Part shown: piece by piece, positions 29,962 to 38,569 of the stretch
How positions within the stretch are numbered: the stretch's first letter is position 1
Layout: every line of letters starts with the position of its first letter
Source: an uncultured Aliarcobacter sp.
GTDB lineage: Bacteria > Campylobacterota > Campylobacteria > Campylobacterales > Arcobacteraceae
Assembly (NCBI GenBank): GCA_963677435.1
Contig: OY781945.1
Span: 2,784,001-2,848,000 of the forward strand
Length of the DNA: 64,000 bases
Reading direction: 5' to 3'
Notes under the pieces: model-generated
What the model saw: the letters and a program-made list of their open reading frames with translations, nothing else
Database searches by the model: none
What the model was told of the DNA's origin: nothing
Translations under genes and position numbers: made by a program

Positions 29962-30192
29962 ATGCCTTTACCATTTATATTAGGTTTAGCTGTAGGTGCT
30001 GGTGCTGTTATTGCTTTTAAAAATAAAGATAAATTAAAAGAAAAAACTTCTAAGATATTAAAAAAATCAAAAGATTTCGCAAATACAACTCTAGATAAAA
30101 CAAAAGAAAATGTAAGTGAAATCAAAGAGACAATTTGTGCTACAAAAGAGTGTATTGAAGATAAAAAAAAACAAAGAGCTAAGGAAGAATAA
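29962..30192 (+). CDS. Small GxxxG membrane-anchored protein (FezA-like)
   Basis: MPLPFILGLAVGAGAVIAF followed by a Lys/Glu-rich helical tail. Confidence 0.75.
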   Translation: MPLPFILGLAVGAGAVIAFKNKDKLKEKTSKILKKSKDFANTTLDKTKENVSEIKETICATKECIEDKKKQRAKEE

Positions 30193-30551
30193 TGAAAGAA
30201 ATAACTATTGATACAGGAACTCCAAGAAATGTATTAGGACATGTAATTAGTGGTGCAGTTGCTAGTGCTATTATTAGTGGTGCAATTAATTATAAAAAAG
30301 CACAAAGTAGACAAATTACAAAAAAAGATGCAATAAAAGACACTATTAAAAAAACTTCACAAGGTGCTATTGTAACTGGAAGTGCAATTGCAACTGCTAA
30401 TTATTTAGGTCAAAAAGGTGGATTATTTAAAGCTTTAACAGCTGCTAGTATTGGAATGATGGGAGTTTATGCTATTGAAGTAATAGAAGAAAAACTTGAT
30501 CAAAAATATTTAACAAATGAAAATTGTCCAGTGGAAGAAGATTATGAATAA
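30192..30551 (+). CDS. Gly/Ala-rich hydrophobic protein (Fez accessory-like)
   Basis: GHVISGAVASAIISG, GAIVTGSAIA, AASIGMMG; translationally coupled (TAATG). Confidence 0.75.
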   Translation: MKEITIDTGTPRNVLGHVISGAVASAIISGAINYKKAQSRQITKKDAIKDTIKKTSQGAIVTGSAIATANYLGQKGGLFKALTAASIGMMGVYAIEVIEEKLDQKYLTNENCPVEEDYE

Positions 30552-30912
30552 TCAAAATACTCCTAATCCTCAAACTAAAACACAATATGATATAAATATT
30601 GAAAATAGTAGACCTAAAAACAATCAAACTGGTGTTAATATAAATCAAAATCCTTATATAAACCAAAACTTTAATCCTTTACAAAATCCACAACAAGCAA
30701 TGCCAACTCAAAGTGGATTTAATAATGGTGATTTTATAAAAGGTGCTTTACTTGGGGCTGCATTAACATATTTTCTTACAAATAAAAATGCTCAAGATGG
30801 TTTATTTAAAGCTTTTGGAAAAGGAAGTGAACTTTTTAGCGCAGGAATTGAAGAACTAAAAGAGAGATACGAAGATGCAAAAGCTCAAATGCAAGCACAA
30901 CAAGAACAATAA
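30544..30912 (+). CDS. YtxH-like GxxxG protein with N/Q/P-rich N-terminus (Fez accessory-like)
   Basis: FIKGALLGAALTYFL then GIEELKERYEDAKAQ coiled coil; start placed at ATG 30544. Confidence 0.78.
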   Translation: MNNQNTPNPQTKTQYDINIENSRPKNNQTGVNINQNPYINQNFNPLQNPQQAMPTQSGFNNGDFIKGALLGAALTYFLTNKNAQDGLFKAFGKGSELFSAGIEELKERYEDAKAQMQAQQEQ

Positions 30913-30914
30913 AA

Positions 30915-33023
30915 ATGAAAAACAAATTTATAAAAGTACATCAAACTGCTTTTAGAGTTCGATATAAACTCTTTTTATTAAAAGAGAAATTTATTGATGA
31001 AGAGATTTTACAAAACTATTTTAAAAAAATAGATGATATTAAAAGTATTAGAATAAATAAACAAGCTTTTAGTATTATTTTTGAACTAAAAAATGATATT
31101 ACAACTAAAATTGAAGAGATTTTAAACACTCTTACCGTTGAAGAGTTATTAAAATCTTGCCAAGAAGAAGTTGCAGCTGTTTGTGTATCTTGTGTAAGTA
31201 GTGAAAAACCATCATTAAAAGGAATTGTAAGAGCTAGTAGTGCTTTAGTTGCAGAAAGATTTATTACAAATAATGCACTAAAAGCTGGAATTACTACAGC
31301 TGCATCTGTACCTTTATTGATTGAGGGTTCAAAAGAGTTATTAAAAGAGGGATTAACTTCAAAAGTTTTAGAAAGTGCAGCTGTTGCTATTTCAATATAT
31401 AGAAAAGATTATTTAGCTGCAAACTCTACAAATGCAATGCTTGAACTTGGTGAATATATTGAAGAAACAACTGTTCACAAAAGTGATGATTTACTAAAAG
31501 AACTTTCAAAACCAAATGTTGAAGAAGCTTGGGTAGAAAAAAAGGTTGATGATAAAATCACAGAAATATTAGTAAAAAGTTCTGAAATCAAAGTTGGCGA
31601 TATTGTCGTTGTTGGAATTGGAAATACTATTCCAGTTGATGGACATATTGTTGAGGGAACGGGAAGCGTAAATCAAGTTTCAATGACAGGAGAAGCTGAA
31701 CCTGTAATAAAATATAGAGGTGATAGAGTTATTTCTGGAACAATTGTTGAAGAGGGAAGATTTAGAATTTGGGCTGAACATGTGGGTTCTGATACGGCAA
31801 CTCAAAGAATCAAACACTACATAGAAAACTCTTTAAATGAAAAATCATCAGTTCAACTAAAAGCAAACAAATTAGCAAATAAACTTGTTCCTGTAACACT
31901 AGGACTAGCTGGTGTTTCATATATTTTTGCAAAAGATTTTGAAAGGGTTGCTTCTATTTTACAAGCTGATTATTCATGTGCTTTAAAACTTGCAACTCCA
32001 GTTGCTTTTAAGTCGACTATTTCAAAAGCTGGTCATAATGGAATTATGATTAAAGGTGCTAAATCTATTGAAGCTTTAAGTAATGCGGACACTTTTGTAT
32101 TTGATAAAACAGGAACCCTAACAGGTGGAGAACTTGAAGTAATTTGTGTAGAGTCTTATGATGATAATTGGAGTGAAGATCAACTTTTAAATCTAACAGC
32201 ATCAACAGAAGAACACTATTTTCATCCAGTTGCAGAAGCTGTTGTAAAAGCAGCTATTCAAAGAGGTTTTGTTCATATGCACCATGAAGAAGTTGAATTC
32301 ATAGTTGCACATGGAGTAAAAACAGAAGTAAAAGGAAAATCTGTAATTATTGGCAGTAGACACTTTTTAGAAGATGATGAAAAAATAGATTTTACTGAAC
32401 ACAAAGATAAAATTGAAAACTCATTAAGAGATGGAAGAACTCTACTTTACATAGGTTACGATGGAAAACTTTTAGGAACAATTACCTTAGCAGATGAGTT
32501 AAGACAAAATTCAAAAGAGGCTATTTCAAGATTAAAAAAACTTGGTGTAAAAAATATCATTATGTTAACTGGTGATACAAAACAAAAAGCACTAATGATA
32601 GCAAATGAGTTAGGAATTGATGAAGTAAGAGCTGAACTTTTACCTCAAGATAAAGCAAATATTGTAAAAGAGTTAATGGCTCAAGGTAAAAAAGTAGCCT
32701 TTATAGGTGACGGAATAAATGACGCACCTGCATTAATATCTGCTCATGTTGGAATTTCTATGAGTAGAGGTGCAGATATTGCAAAAGCAACCGCTGATAT
32801 TAGTTTATTAAAAGATGATATCATGGCTGTAGTTGAAGCAAAAGAGTATGCAAATAAAACAATGAATTTAATAAATAATAACTTTAATGCAACAGTTGGA
32901 ATAAACTCTTGTATTTTAGCTGGTGCGACATTTGGTCTATTTTCTCCAATAGTTACAGCTGTACTACATAATGGTACAACCATTGGTTTATTATTTAATT
33001 CAATAAAAGGTGTAAAAATCTAA
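30915..33023 (+). CDS. fezB: Heavy-metal P1B-type ATPase, P1B-6/FezB-like
   Basis: TGE, DKTGT, HP and GDGIND P-type motifs; DYSCALKL instead of CPC; LHNGTT; ELGEYIEE; N-terminal H...RVRY. Confidence 0.85.
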   Translation: MKNKFIKVHQTAFRVRYKLFLLKEKFIDEEILQNYFKKIDDIKSIRINKQAFSIIFELKNDITTKIEEILNTLTVEELLKSCQEEVAAVCVSCVSSEKPSLKGIVRASSALVAERFITNNALKAGITTAASVPLLIEGSKELLKEGLTSKVLESAAVAISIYRKDYLAANSTNAMLELGEYIEETTVHKSDDLLKELSKPNVEEAWVEKKVDDKITEILVKSSEIKVGDIVVVGIGNTIPVDGHIVEGTGSVNQVSMTGEAEPVIKYRGDRVISGTIVEEGRFRIWAEHVGSDTATQRIKHYIENSLNEKSSVQLKANKLANKLVPVTLGLAGVSYIFAKDFERVASILQADYSCALKLATPVAFKSTISKAGHNGIMIKGAKSIEALSNADTFVFDKTGTLTGGELEVICVESYDDNWSEDQLLNLTASTEEHYFHPVAEAVVKAAIQRGFVHMHHEEVEFIVAHGVKTEVKGKSVIIGSRHFLEDDEKIDFTEHKDKIENSLRDGRTLLYIGYDGKLLGTITLADELRQNSKEAISRLKKLGVKNIIMLTGDTKQKALMIANELGIDEVRAELLPQDKANIVKELMAQGKKVAFIGDGINDAPALISAHVGISMSRGADIAKATADISLLKDDIMAVVEAKEYANKTMNLINNNFNATVGINSCILAGATFGLFSPIVTAVLHNGTTIGLLFNSIKGVKI

Positions 33024-33029
33024 GAACTA

Positions 33030-33044
33030 TGATAATAGTTATCA
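33030..33044. promoter_or_regulatory. Fur-box-like site
   Basis: TGATAAT-A-GTTATCA (one mismatch to consensus). Confidence 0.75.
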
Positions 33045-33074
33045 GTTTTATTTAAGATTAGCTAGATATTATTA

Positions 33075-33089
33075 TGATAATTATTATCA
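33075..33089. promoter_or_regulatory. Perfect 7-1-7 Fur box
   Basis: TGATAAT-T-ATTATCA immediately before the RBS of the 38-aa ORF. Confidence 0.85.
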
Positions 33090-33100
33090 AAAGGATTTCT

Positions 33101-33217
33101 ATGCCAATTTTATTACTTGCAACTGCACTAACTGCTGTTTTAACTGTTAAAACTGTAAACAATACTGTAAAGACTATTGAAAGAAGAAAAAAAAGGAAAG
33201 AAAGATATGAAAATTGA
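33101..33217 (+). CDS. Small protein (38 aa), hydrophobic N-terminus and basic tail
   Basis: Not in the track. AAGGA RBS; MPILLLATALTAVLTVKTVNNTVKTIERRKKRKERYEN*; overlaps the next ATG. Confidence 0.65.
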   Translation: MPILLLATALTAVLTVKTVNNTVKTIERRKKRKERYEN

Positions 33218-33464
33218 TTTAGAAGTACAAAAAGAAGTTGCAAAAGTTGGAATGACAGCAACTTTAGGTGCAACTGTTGTTACATCAATGTTTATGAAAA
33301 ATAGTGTTGCTAAAAAAGTTCATGTAGTTGCTGGTGTTGCTTTCTGTGGATTTGCCCTATGGCATCACACACTTTATCAATCAAAAAAACCTAAAAAAAT
33401 TAAAAAATCTCAAGATATTCAAGAAACACAAGAACAAAAAGAACCTAAAATTCAATTAAACTAA
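33207..33464 (+). CDS. Small two-TM His-containing membrane protein
   Basis: KEVAKVGMTATLGATVVTS...KVHVVAGVAFCGFALWHH; start placed at ATG 33207 (AAGGA RBS). Confidence 0.75.
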   Translation: MKIDLEVQKEVAKVGMTATLGATVVTSMFMKNSVAKKVHVVAGVAFCGFALWHHTLYQSKKPKKIKKSQDIQETQEQKEPKIQLN

Positions 33465-33496
33465 ATTTTAATATCAACTTAAGATTCTTTATATTA

Positions 33497-33511
33497 TGAT
33501 AACGATTATCA
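33497..33511. promoter_or_regulatory. Fur-box-like site
   Basis: TGATAAC-G-ATTATCA. Confidence 0.75.
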
Positions 33512-33530
33512 ATTTTATAAAGGATTTAAA

Positions 33531-34046
33531 ATGTCAAATAATCATCTTCTTGATAAAAACTTAAATGCACAAATAGTTGCAAATATCTTTTCTTCTCTTG
33601 TAAGTGGTGAAAAATGGGATATGCTGATTGAAATGTTTACACTAAATATCTTAAATATTAATTCAAGAGATTATAGAGGAAGAAATGCTTTATATTGGGC
33701 TATTCGAAAAAATAGAATAGATACTATTAAAAAACTACTTGAATTAAATATCTCAACTGAAGTATCACCAAATCTCTCAGCTATTAACTTTGCAGTTTAT
33801 CAAGACAATATAAAAGTGATTAAATGTCTTAAAAATTGTGGGATTAATATGAATGAAATTGATGATATAAACTCAACTCCATTAATCTATGCTATTTTAT
33901 ATAATAAACCAAATAGTGCTAAATATCTAATAGAAAATGGGGCAAATATAGAACATGAAGATTTTCTAGGAAATAGTGCTATAAAATTAGCAAAAAATCT
34001 AAAAATTGATTTTTTAATTGAAAAATTTAAAGAATTTAATATATAA
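33531..34046 (+). CDS. Ankyrin repeat protein
   Basis: GRNALYWAI, SAINFAV, STPLIYAI...LIENGAN, GNSAIKLA. Confidence 0.88.
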   Translation: MSNNHLLDKNLNAQIVANIFSSLVSGEKWDMLIEMFTLNILNINSRDYRGRNALYWAIRKNRIDTIKKLLELNISTEVSPNLSAINFAVYQDNIKVIKCLKNCGINMNEIDDINSTPLIYAILYNKPNSAKYLIENGANIEHEDFLGNSAIKLAKNLKIDFLIEKFKEFNI

Positions 34047-34073
34047 ATAGAAATCTATAAAGATTTCTATTTA
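34044..34073. terminator. Stem-loop between convergent genes
   Basis: TAAATAGAAATCT-ATAA-AGATTTCTATTTA. Confidence 0.7.
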
Positions 34074-34077
34074 CATT

Positions 34078-35289
34078 TTATTCATATCTTAAAGCATCAA
34101 TTGGATTTAATCTTGCAGCTTTTCTAGCTGGGAAATATCCAAATACAACACCTATTAAAGTTGAGAAGAAAAATGAAATCATAATTATCTGATTGTTTAT
34201 AATAAATGGTAAATCCATAGAATGAACAACAACATATCCAATTCCCATACCCAAAATAATTCCAATAATTCCTCCAAGGGTTGATAAAACAATAGCTTCA
34301 ACTAAAAATTGTAATAAGACTTCACTCTCCATTGCACCAATGGCAAGTCTTATCCCTATTTCTCTTGTTCTCTCTGTTACTGAAACTAACATAATATTCA
34401 TAATTCCAATTCCACCAACAAGTAAACTAATTCCAGCAATTGAGCCTAAAAGATAAGTTAACATTTTTGTAGTAGAAGTCATTGCAGATAATAAATCTTG
34501 CATATCCCTAATATAAAAGTTATCTACTTCACCAATTTTTATTGCTCTTCGCTCTTGCATTAATGCTGTAATATCAGTTTTCGCATCTTCAATATATTTA
34601 CCTTCAGTAATCGAAATAAGAATAGATGAAATATCTTTATCACCTTTTATTTTTCTTTGAAACATTTTTAAAGGAACTATTACTATTTCATCTTGATCAT
34701 TTCCAAAGGCTGCTGCTCCTTTTGATTTTAAAACTCCAATTACATTACAAGAGATATTTTTAAGTCTTATATCTGCACCAATTGGATTTTCATCATCAAA
34801 AAGTTGTTTTACAATTGTAGTTCCTATAATACAAGAAGTTTTACCACTATTTAATTCAGTATCATCAAAAGTTCGACCATCAGTTAAGTCCCAATCTTTG
34901 ATAATAAAATAGTCATTATTAGTTCCAATAACCGAACTACTATTACTTTTATTTCCATAAACTACATTCATTTTACTTGAGTTTTCAGCGGCAACTGCTT
35001 TTATATTTTGAATTTCATTTTTAATAGCACTTATATCTTCATTTGTAAATGGTTTTGCACTATTATCATCTCTTGGAGCTCCTCGTCTTTCTTGTCCAAC
35101 TCTAAGAGTTAACATATTTGTTCCAAGTTTTGAAATACTTTGTTTTACATTTGCAGTTGTTCCATCTCCAATCATAACCATAGCAATCACAGAAGCCACA
35201 CCAATTACAATTCCTAAAATTGTAAGAAATGATCTTAGGATATTTCTTTTTATCTCTTTTATAGCTATTAAAAAGGCATTTATTAACAT
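34078..35289 (-). CDS. MacB-like ABC transporter permease
   Basis: RSFLTILGIVIGVASVI, GGIGIMNIMLVSVTERTREIGIR, PARKAARLNPIDALRYE. Confidence 0.93.
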   Translation of the reverse strand: MLINAFLIAIKEIKRNILRSFLTILGIVIGVASVIAMVMIGDGTTANVKQSISKLGTNMLTLRVGQERRGAPRDDNSAKPFTNEDISAIKNEIQNIKAVAAENSSKMNVVYGNKSNSSSVIGTNNDYFIIKDWDLTDGRTFDDTELNSGKTSCIIGTTIVKQLFDDENPIGADIRLKNISCNVIGVLKSKGAAAFGNDQDEIVIVPLKMFQRKIKGDKDISSILISITEGKYIEDAKTDITALMQERRAIKIGEVDNFYIRDMQDLLSAMTSTTKMLTYLLGSIAGISLLVGGIGIMNIMLVSVTERTREIGIRLAIGAMESEVLLQFLVEAIVLSTLGGIIGIILGMGIGYVVVHSMDLPFIINNQIIMISFFFSTLIGVVFGYFPARKAARLNPIDALRYE

Positions 35290-35993
35290 TATTTAAATCC
35301 TTTTTTTAAACTATCTTCAATATGTCCATCTCTAAAATAGATAACTCTATTTGCATATTTTGCCATCTCTTCTTCATGAGTTACCATAATAATTGTAATT
35401 CCTAACTCTTCATTTAACTGTTTTAATAAATTCATAATCTCAATACTTTTTATACTATCAAGATTACCTGTTGGCTCATCAGCAAGCAAAACTAATGGAT
35501 TTGTAACAATTGCTCTTGCAATTGCTACACGCTGCTGTTGACCACCTGAGAGCTCTGCTGGAGTGTGATGAACAACACTTTCAAGTCCAACTTTTTTTAA
35601 AGCTTCTAGGGCTAATATTTTTCTTTCACCTGAGGGAATTTTTCTATAAATTAAAGGTAGTTCAACATTTTCTAAAGCAGAAGTTCTTCCTAAAAGATTA
35701 AATCCTTGAAAAACGAATCCTAAATAGTTTCTTCTTAAAAGTGCCATTTGGTTTCGATTTAATTTTTCTACATTTATACCATTAAAAAGATATTCACCAC
35801 TACTTGGTTTATCTAAACATCCAATCATGTTCATAGAAGTAGATTTTCCACTTCCACTAGCTCCCATAATTGCAATAAATTCCCCTTTATTTATAGTAAA
35901 ACTTACTCCATTTAAAGCATAAGTTTTTGCATCCCCTACTCCATAAGTTTTTACTATATTTTTAAACTCAATTATAGTTTCATTAATTTGCAT
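35289..35993 (-). CDS. ABC transporter ATP-binding protein (MacB/LolD-like)
   Basis: GASGSGKST, LSGGQQQRVAIARA, LADEPTGNLD; start placed at ATG 35993. Confidence 0.93.
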   Translation of the reverse strand: MQINETIIEFKNIVKTYGVGDAKTYALNGVSFTINKGEFIAIMGASGSGKSTSMNMIGCLDKPSSGEYLFNGINVEKLNRNQMALLRRNYLGFVFQGFNLLGRTSALENVELPLIYRKIPSGERKILALEALKKVGLESVVHHTPAELSGGQQQRVAIARAIVTNPLVLLADEPTGNLDSIKSIEIMNLLKQLNEELGITIIMVTHEEEMAKYANRVIYFRDGHIEDSLKKGFK

Positions 35994-37251
35994 TTTCACT
36001 CTTTTGTGAAGTGATAACCTCATCATCTATTTTTAAATCTCTTGCTTCAATACTTGTTGATTTTCCATCTGAATCTAATACTTTTACCATTATTCTTTTT
36101 GGTTGATTATTTTCTAAGATAAAAATAGGAGAAAGCTCTCTTTTTGTTAAATCTCTTGGAGTATTATCACCTTGAGGTCGTTTTGGAGGGCCTACAAAAT
36201 TCATTGTTGATTTTTTTCCATCACTTGAAATCTTTGGTTTAAATCTTAAAGCACTATTTGGAATAATCAACTTATCTTTACTCTCTTTAGTGACAATTTT
36301 TGCTGTTGCTGTCATTCCAGGTCGTAAAAGCAACTCTTCATTATTTACACCAACTACTGTTTCATATGTAACAACACCATTTGAATCAATAGGATTTAAT
36401 CTTACTTGTTTGATTTTTCCTTTAAATGTTTTATTTGGATAGGCATCAACTGTAAAGGTTACAGGTAAATCTTTTTTAATATCTGCAACATCAGCTTCAT
36501 CAATACTTATAATTAAATCCATATTTGTTAAATCTTTTGCTAAAGTGAATAGTTTTGGAGCTGACATTGTTGCTGCTAGTGTTTGCCCAACTTCAACTTC
36601 TCTATTTAAAACTATTCCTTTAATAGAAGATTTTACAACTGCTTTATCTAAGTTTTGTAAAGCTGTATTTAAATTATAAGAAGCTTGTTCAACTTTTGCT
36701 TTTATTGCATCTAAACTTGAAAGAGCACCTTCATATGTGAATTTTGTTCCATCTAGTTCATTTACAGATGGATATTTGCCACCTGAATTTTTAAACATTT
36801 TTGCTGTTCTATCATAAATCAATTTTTTGTTTTTTAAATCAACCTCTGTCTCTTTTTGATTTGCTTTTGCAATTGCAAGTGCAGCTGTTAAACCATCTAC
36901 TTCTGATTGTAATTTTCTAGTATCAAGTTTTGCTAATACTTGTCCAACTTCAACTTCATCATTAAAATCTACATATATCTCTTTTATAGTTCCTGATACT
37001 TCAACCCCAATTTCAACGCTATTTGTTGGGTTTAAATTTCCAGTTGCACTAACAACAACTGACAAATCACCTTTTGTTACTTTTTTTGTAACATATTCAA
37101 CTGTTAATTCTTTATTTTGTTTATTGTATATTAAATAATAATATGCAACTCCTGAGGCTAAAAGTAAAACTAAAATAATCCAAATATAAAATTTTTTTGA
37201 TTTTTTATTACTATACTTTTCTAAATCTTGTATTAATTGTGTATCTTGCAT
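35983..37251 (-). CDS. MacA-like periplasmic adaptor subunit
   Basis: N-terminal TM, VSGTIKEIYVDFNDEV lipoyl-like half, LRPGMTA. Confidence 0.9.
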   Translation of the reverse strand: MQDTQLIQDLEKYSNKKSKKFYIWIILVLLLASGVAYYYLIYNKQNKELTVEYVTKKVTKGDLSVVVSATGNLNPTNSVEIGVEVSGTIKEIYVDFNDEVEVGQVLAKLDTRKLQSEVDGLTAALAIAKANQKETEVDLKNKKLIYDRTAKMFKNSGGKYPSVNELDGTKFTYEGALSSLDAIKAKVEQASYNLNTALQNLDKAVVKSSIKGIVLNREVEVGQTLAATMSAPKLFTLAKDLTNMDLIISIDEADVADIKKDLPVTFTVDAYPNKTFKGKIKQVRLNPIDSNGVVTYETVVGVNNEELLLRPGMTATAKIVTKESKDKLIIPNSALRFKPKISSDGKKSTMNFVGPPKRPQGDNTPRDLTKRELSPIFILENNQPKRIMVKVLDSDGKSTSIEARDLKIDDEVITSQKSENAN

Positions 37252-37256
37252 CTATT

Positions 37257-38444
37257 TTAGCCTTTTATTTTAAAATATAATTTTGAATATTGTAATTTGA
37301 TATTTATGTCATTTATCTGTAAATCATACTCATTTACTTTTTTTGTATTTTTTAAAATATCTAAATCATAAACTGAAGTCATACCAGCGTCATTTGAAAT
37401 TTTATTTGCAGAAATTAAATCATCATATAATCTGATATTATCTTCAATAGTTTTATTTTGTTTTTCATATGTATCTATTTGATTTAAAATCTGTGAATAA
37501 TCATATGCTATCTGATTTTTTAAATCATTAACTTGACTTTTTTGTTTTAAATATTGTAATTTTGCATCTTGAAGTTTACTTGATTTATTATAATCATATA
37601 AAGGCACAGAAAGACTCAAAGAAGCACTAGCATTTGTCTCATCATCATTTACATTTTTAATTAAATCATCTACATTTGAATATGAACCATTGGCTCCAAA
37701 AGATACTTTAGGGAGATAATTAGTTTTTGTTTTTTTATAACTTGTATTTAGCATTTCAACTTTTGAATCTTCTTGAAGTAAATCTAAATTTCTATTAATA
37801 AAATCCTCTTTTGAAACACTTTTAAAATCTAAAATTTCTATTTGCTCATATTTTAAATCTGTATATTTTGATAATTCATACTCTTTATCTTTTAAGGAAT
37901 TATTTAAAGAGATATTCTCTTTAAATTGGGTATTTTTTGCCATAACTGCATTATTTAATTCAACAATATCAGTTTTACCTGCTTCATATTGTATTTTTTT
38001 AATAATCAACTCTATATCTTTATTTTCAAGTTTATATTTACTTTGTTCAATTTGTAATTTCAATTTCGACATTTCAAGTAAAGTATCATAAATTGATTCT
38101 AAAATTTGATAGTTTTCATTTTCCCAAGTTAAAGTATCATACTTTAATTTGTCTTTTGCATATTGGATTGTAAACTCTATTCCACCTGATTCATAAATAC
38201 TTTGAGTGAATCCTAATGAAACACTTTTTGAAAATTTATCACTATCACTTGTAAGTGAATGACTCCTATTTAGACTTGAACTTAAATTAACTGGTGAAAT
38301 CCAATCATTTTTGTTTGTTTCATAACTTGATTCAATAGATTTCTTTTCTAGTTCCCTTGTTTGTTTCTTATCTTTTTGCAAAATATCTAAATTATTCGCA
38401 AAGGCTAAAGTACAAAATAAAGAACACACTATTATTTTACGCAA
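37257..38444 (-). CDS. TolC-family outer membrane efflux protein
   Basis: Signal peptide, YEAGKTDIVEL, YLPKVS, LSVPLYD; first gene of the efflux operon. Confidence 0.8.
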   Translation of the reverse strand: MRKIIVCSLFCTLAFANNLDILQKDKKQTRELEKKSIESSYETNKNDWISPVNLSSSLNRSHSLTSDSDKFSKSVSLGFTQSIYESGGIEFTIQYAKDKLKYDTLTWENENYQILESIYDTLLEMSKLKLQIEQSKYKLENKDIELIIKKIQYEAGKTDIVELNNAVMAKNTQFKENISLNNSLKDKEYELSKYTDLKYEQIEILDFKSVSKEDFINRNLDLLQEDSKVEMLNTSYKKTKTNYLPKVSFGANGSYSNVDDLIKNVNDDETNASASLSLSVPLYDYNKSSKLQDAKLQYLKQKSQVNDLKNQIAYDYSQILNQIDTYEKQNKTIEDNIRLYDDLISANKISNDAGMTSVYDLDILKNTKKVNEYDLQINDINIKLQYSKLYFKIKG

Positions 38445-38532
38445 CTTATTTCCTTATTTTTTTAATAATCAAAATTGTATATCAACTATTTTAATGATTT
38501 TTTAACAAATTATTAACTTTTAATTTCAATTA

Positions 38533-38547
38533 AGATAATTATTATCA
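38533..38547. promoter_or_regulatory. Fur box in the tonB promoter
   Basis: AGATAAT-T-ATTATCA, just upstream of the -10 hexamer TAAAAT (38557-38562). Confidence 0.8.
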
Positions 38548-38569
38548 ATATTATATTAAAATCATACTT

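Noticed and set aside
30915..33023. CadA/ZntA/CopA exporter call
   Set aside because: No CPC/CPH/SPC motif; SCA plus HNxxT and the gene context fit P1B-6.
33058..33273. Minus-strand 71-aa ORF
   Set aside because: Overlaps a perfect Fur box and two plus-strand ORFs that have RBSs.
34078..38444. Efflux operon as a siderophore exporter
   Set aside because: An ordinary split-MacB system with no siderophore synthesis genes in the window; the nearby Fur box is better placed for tonB.
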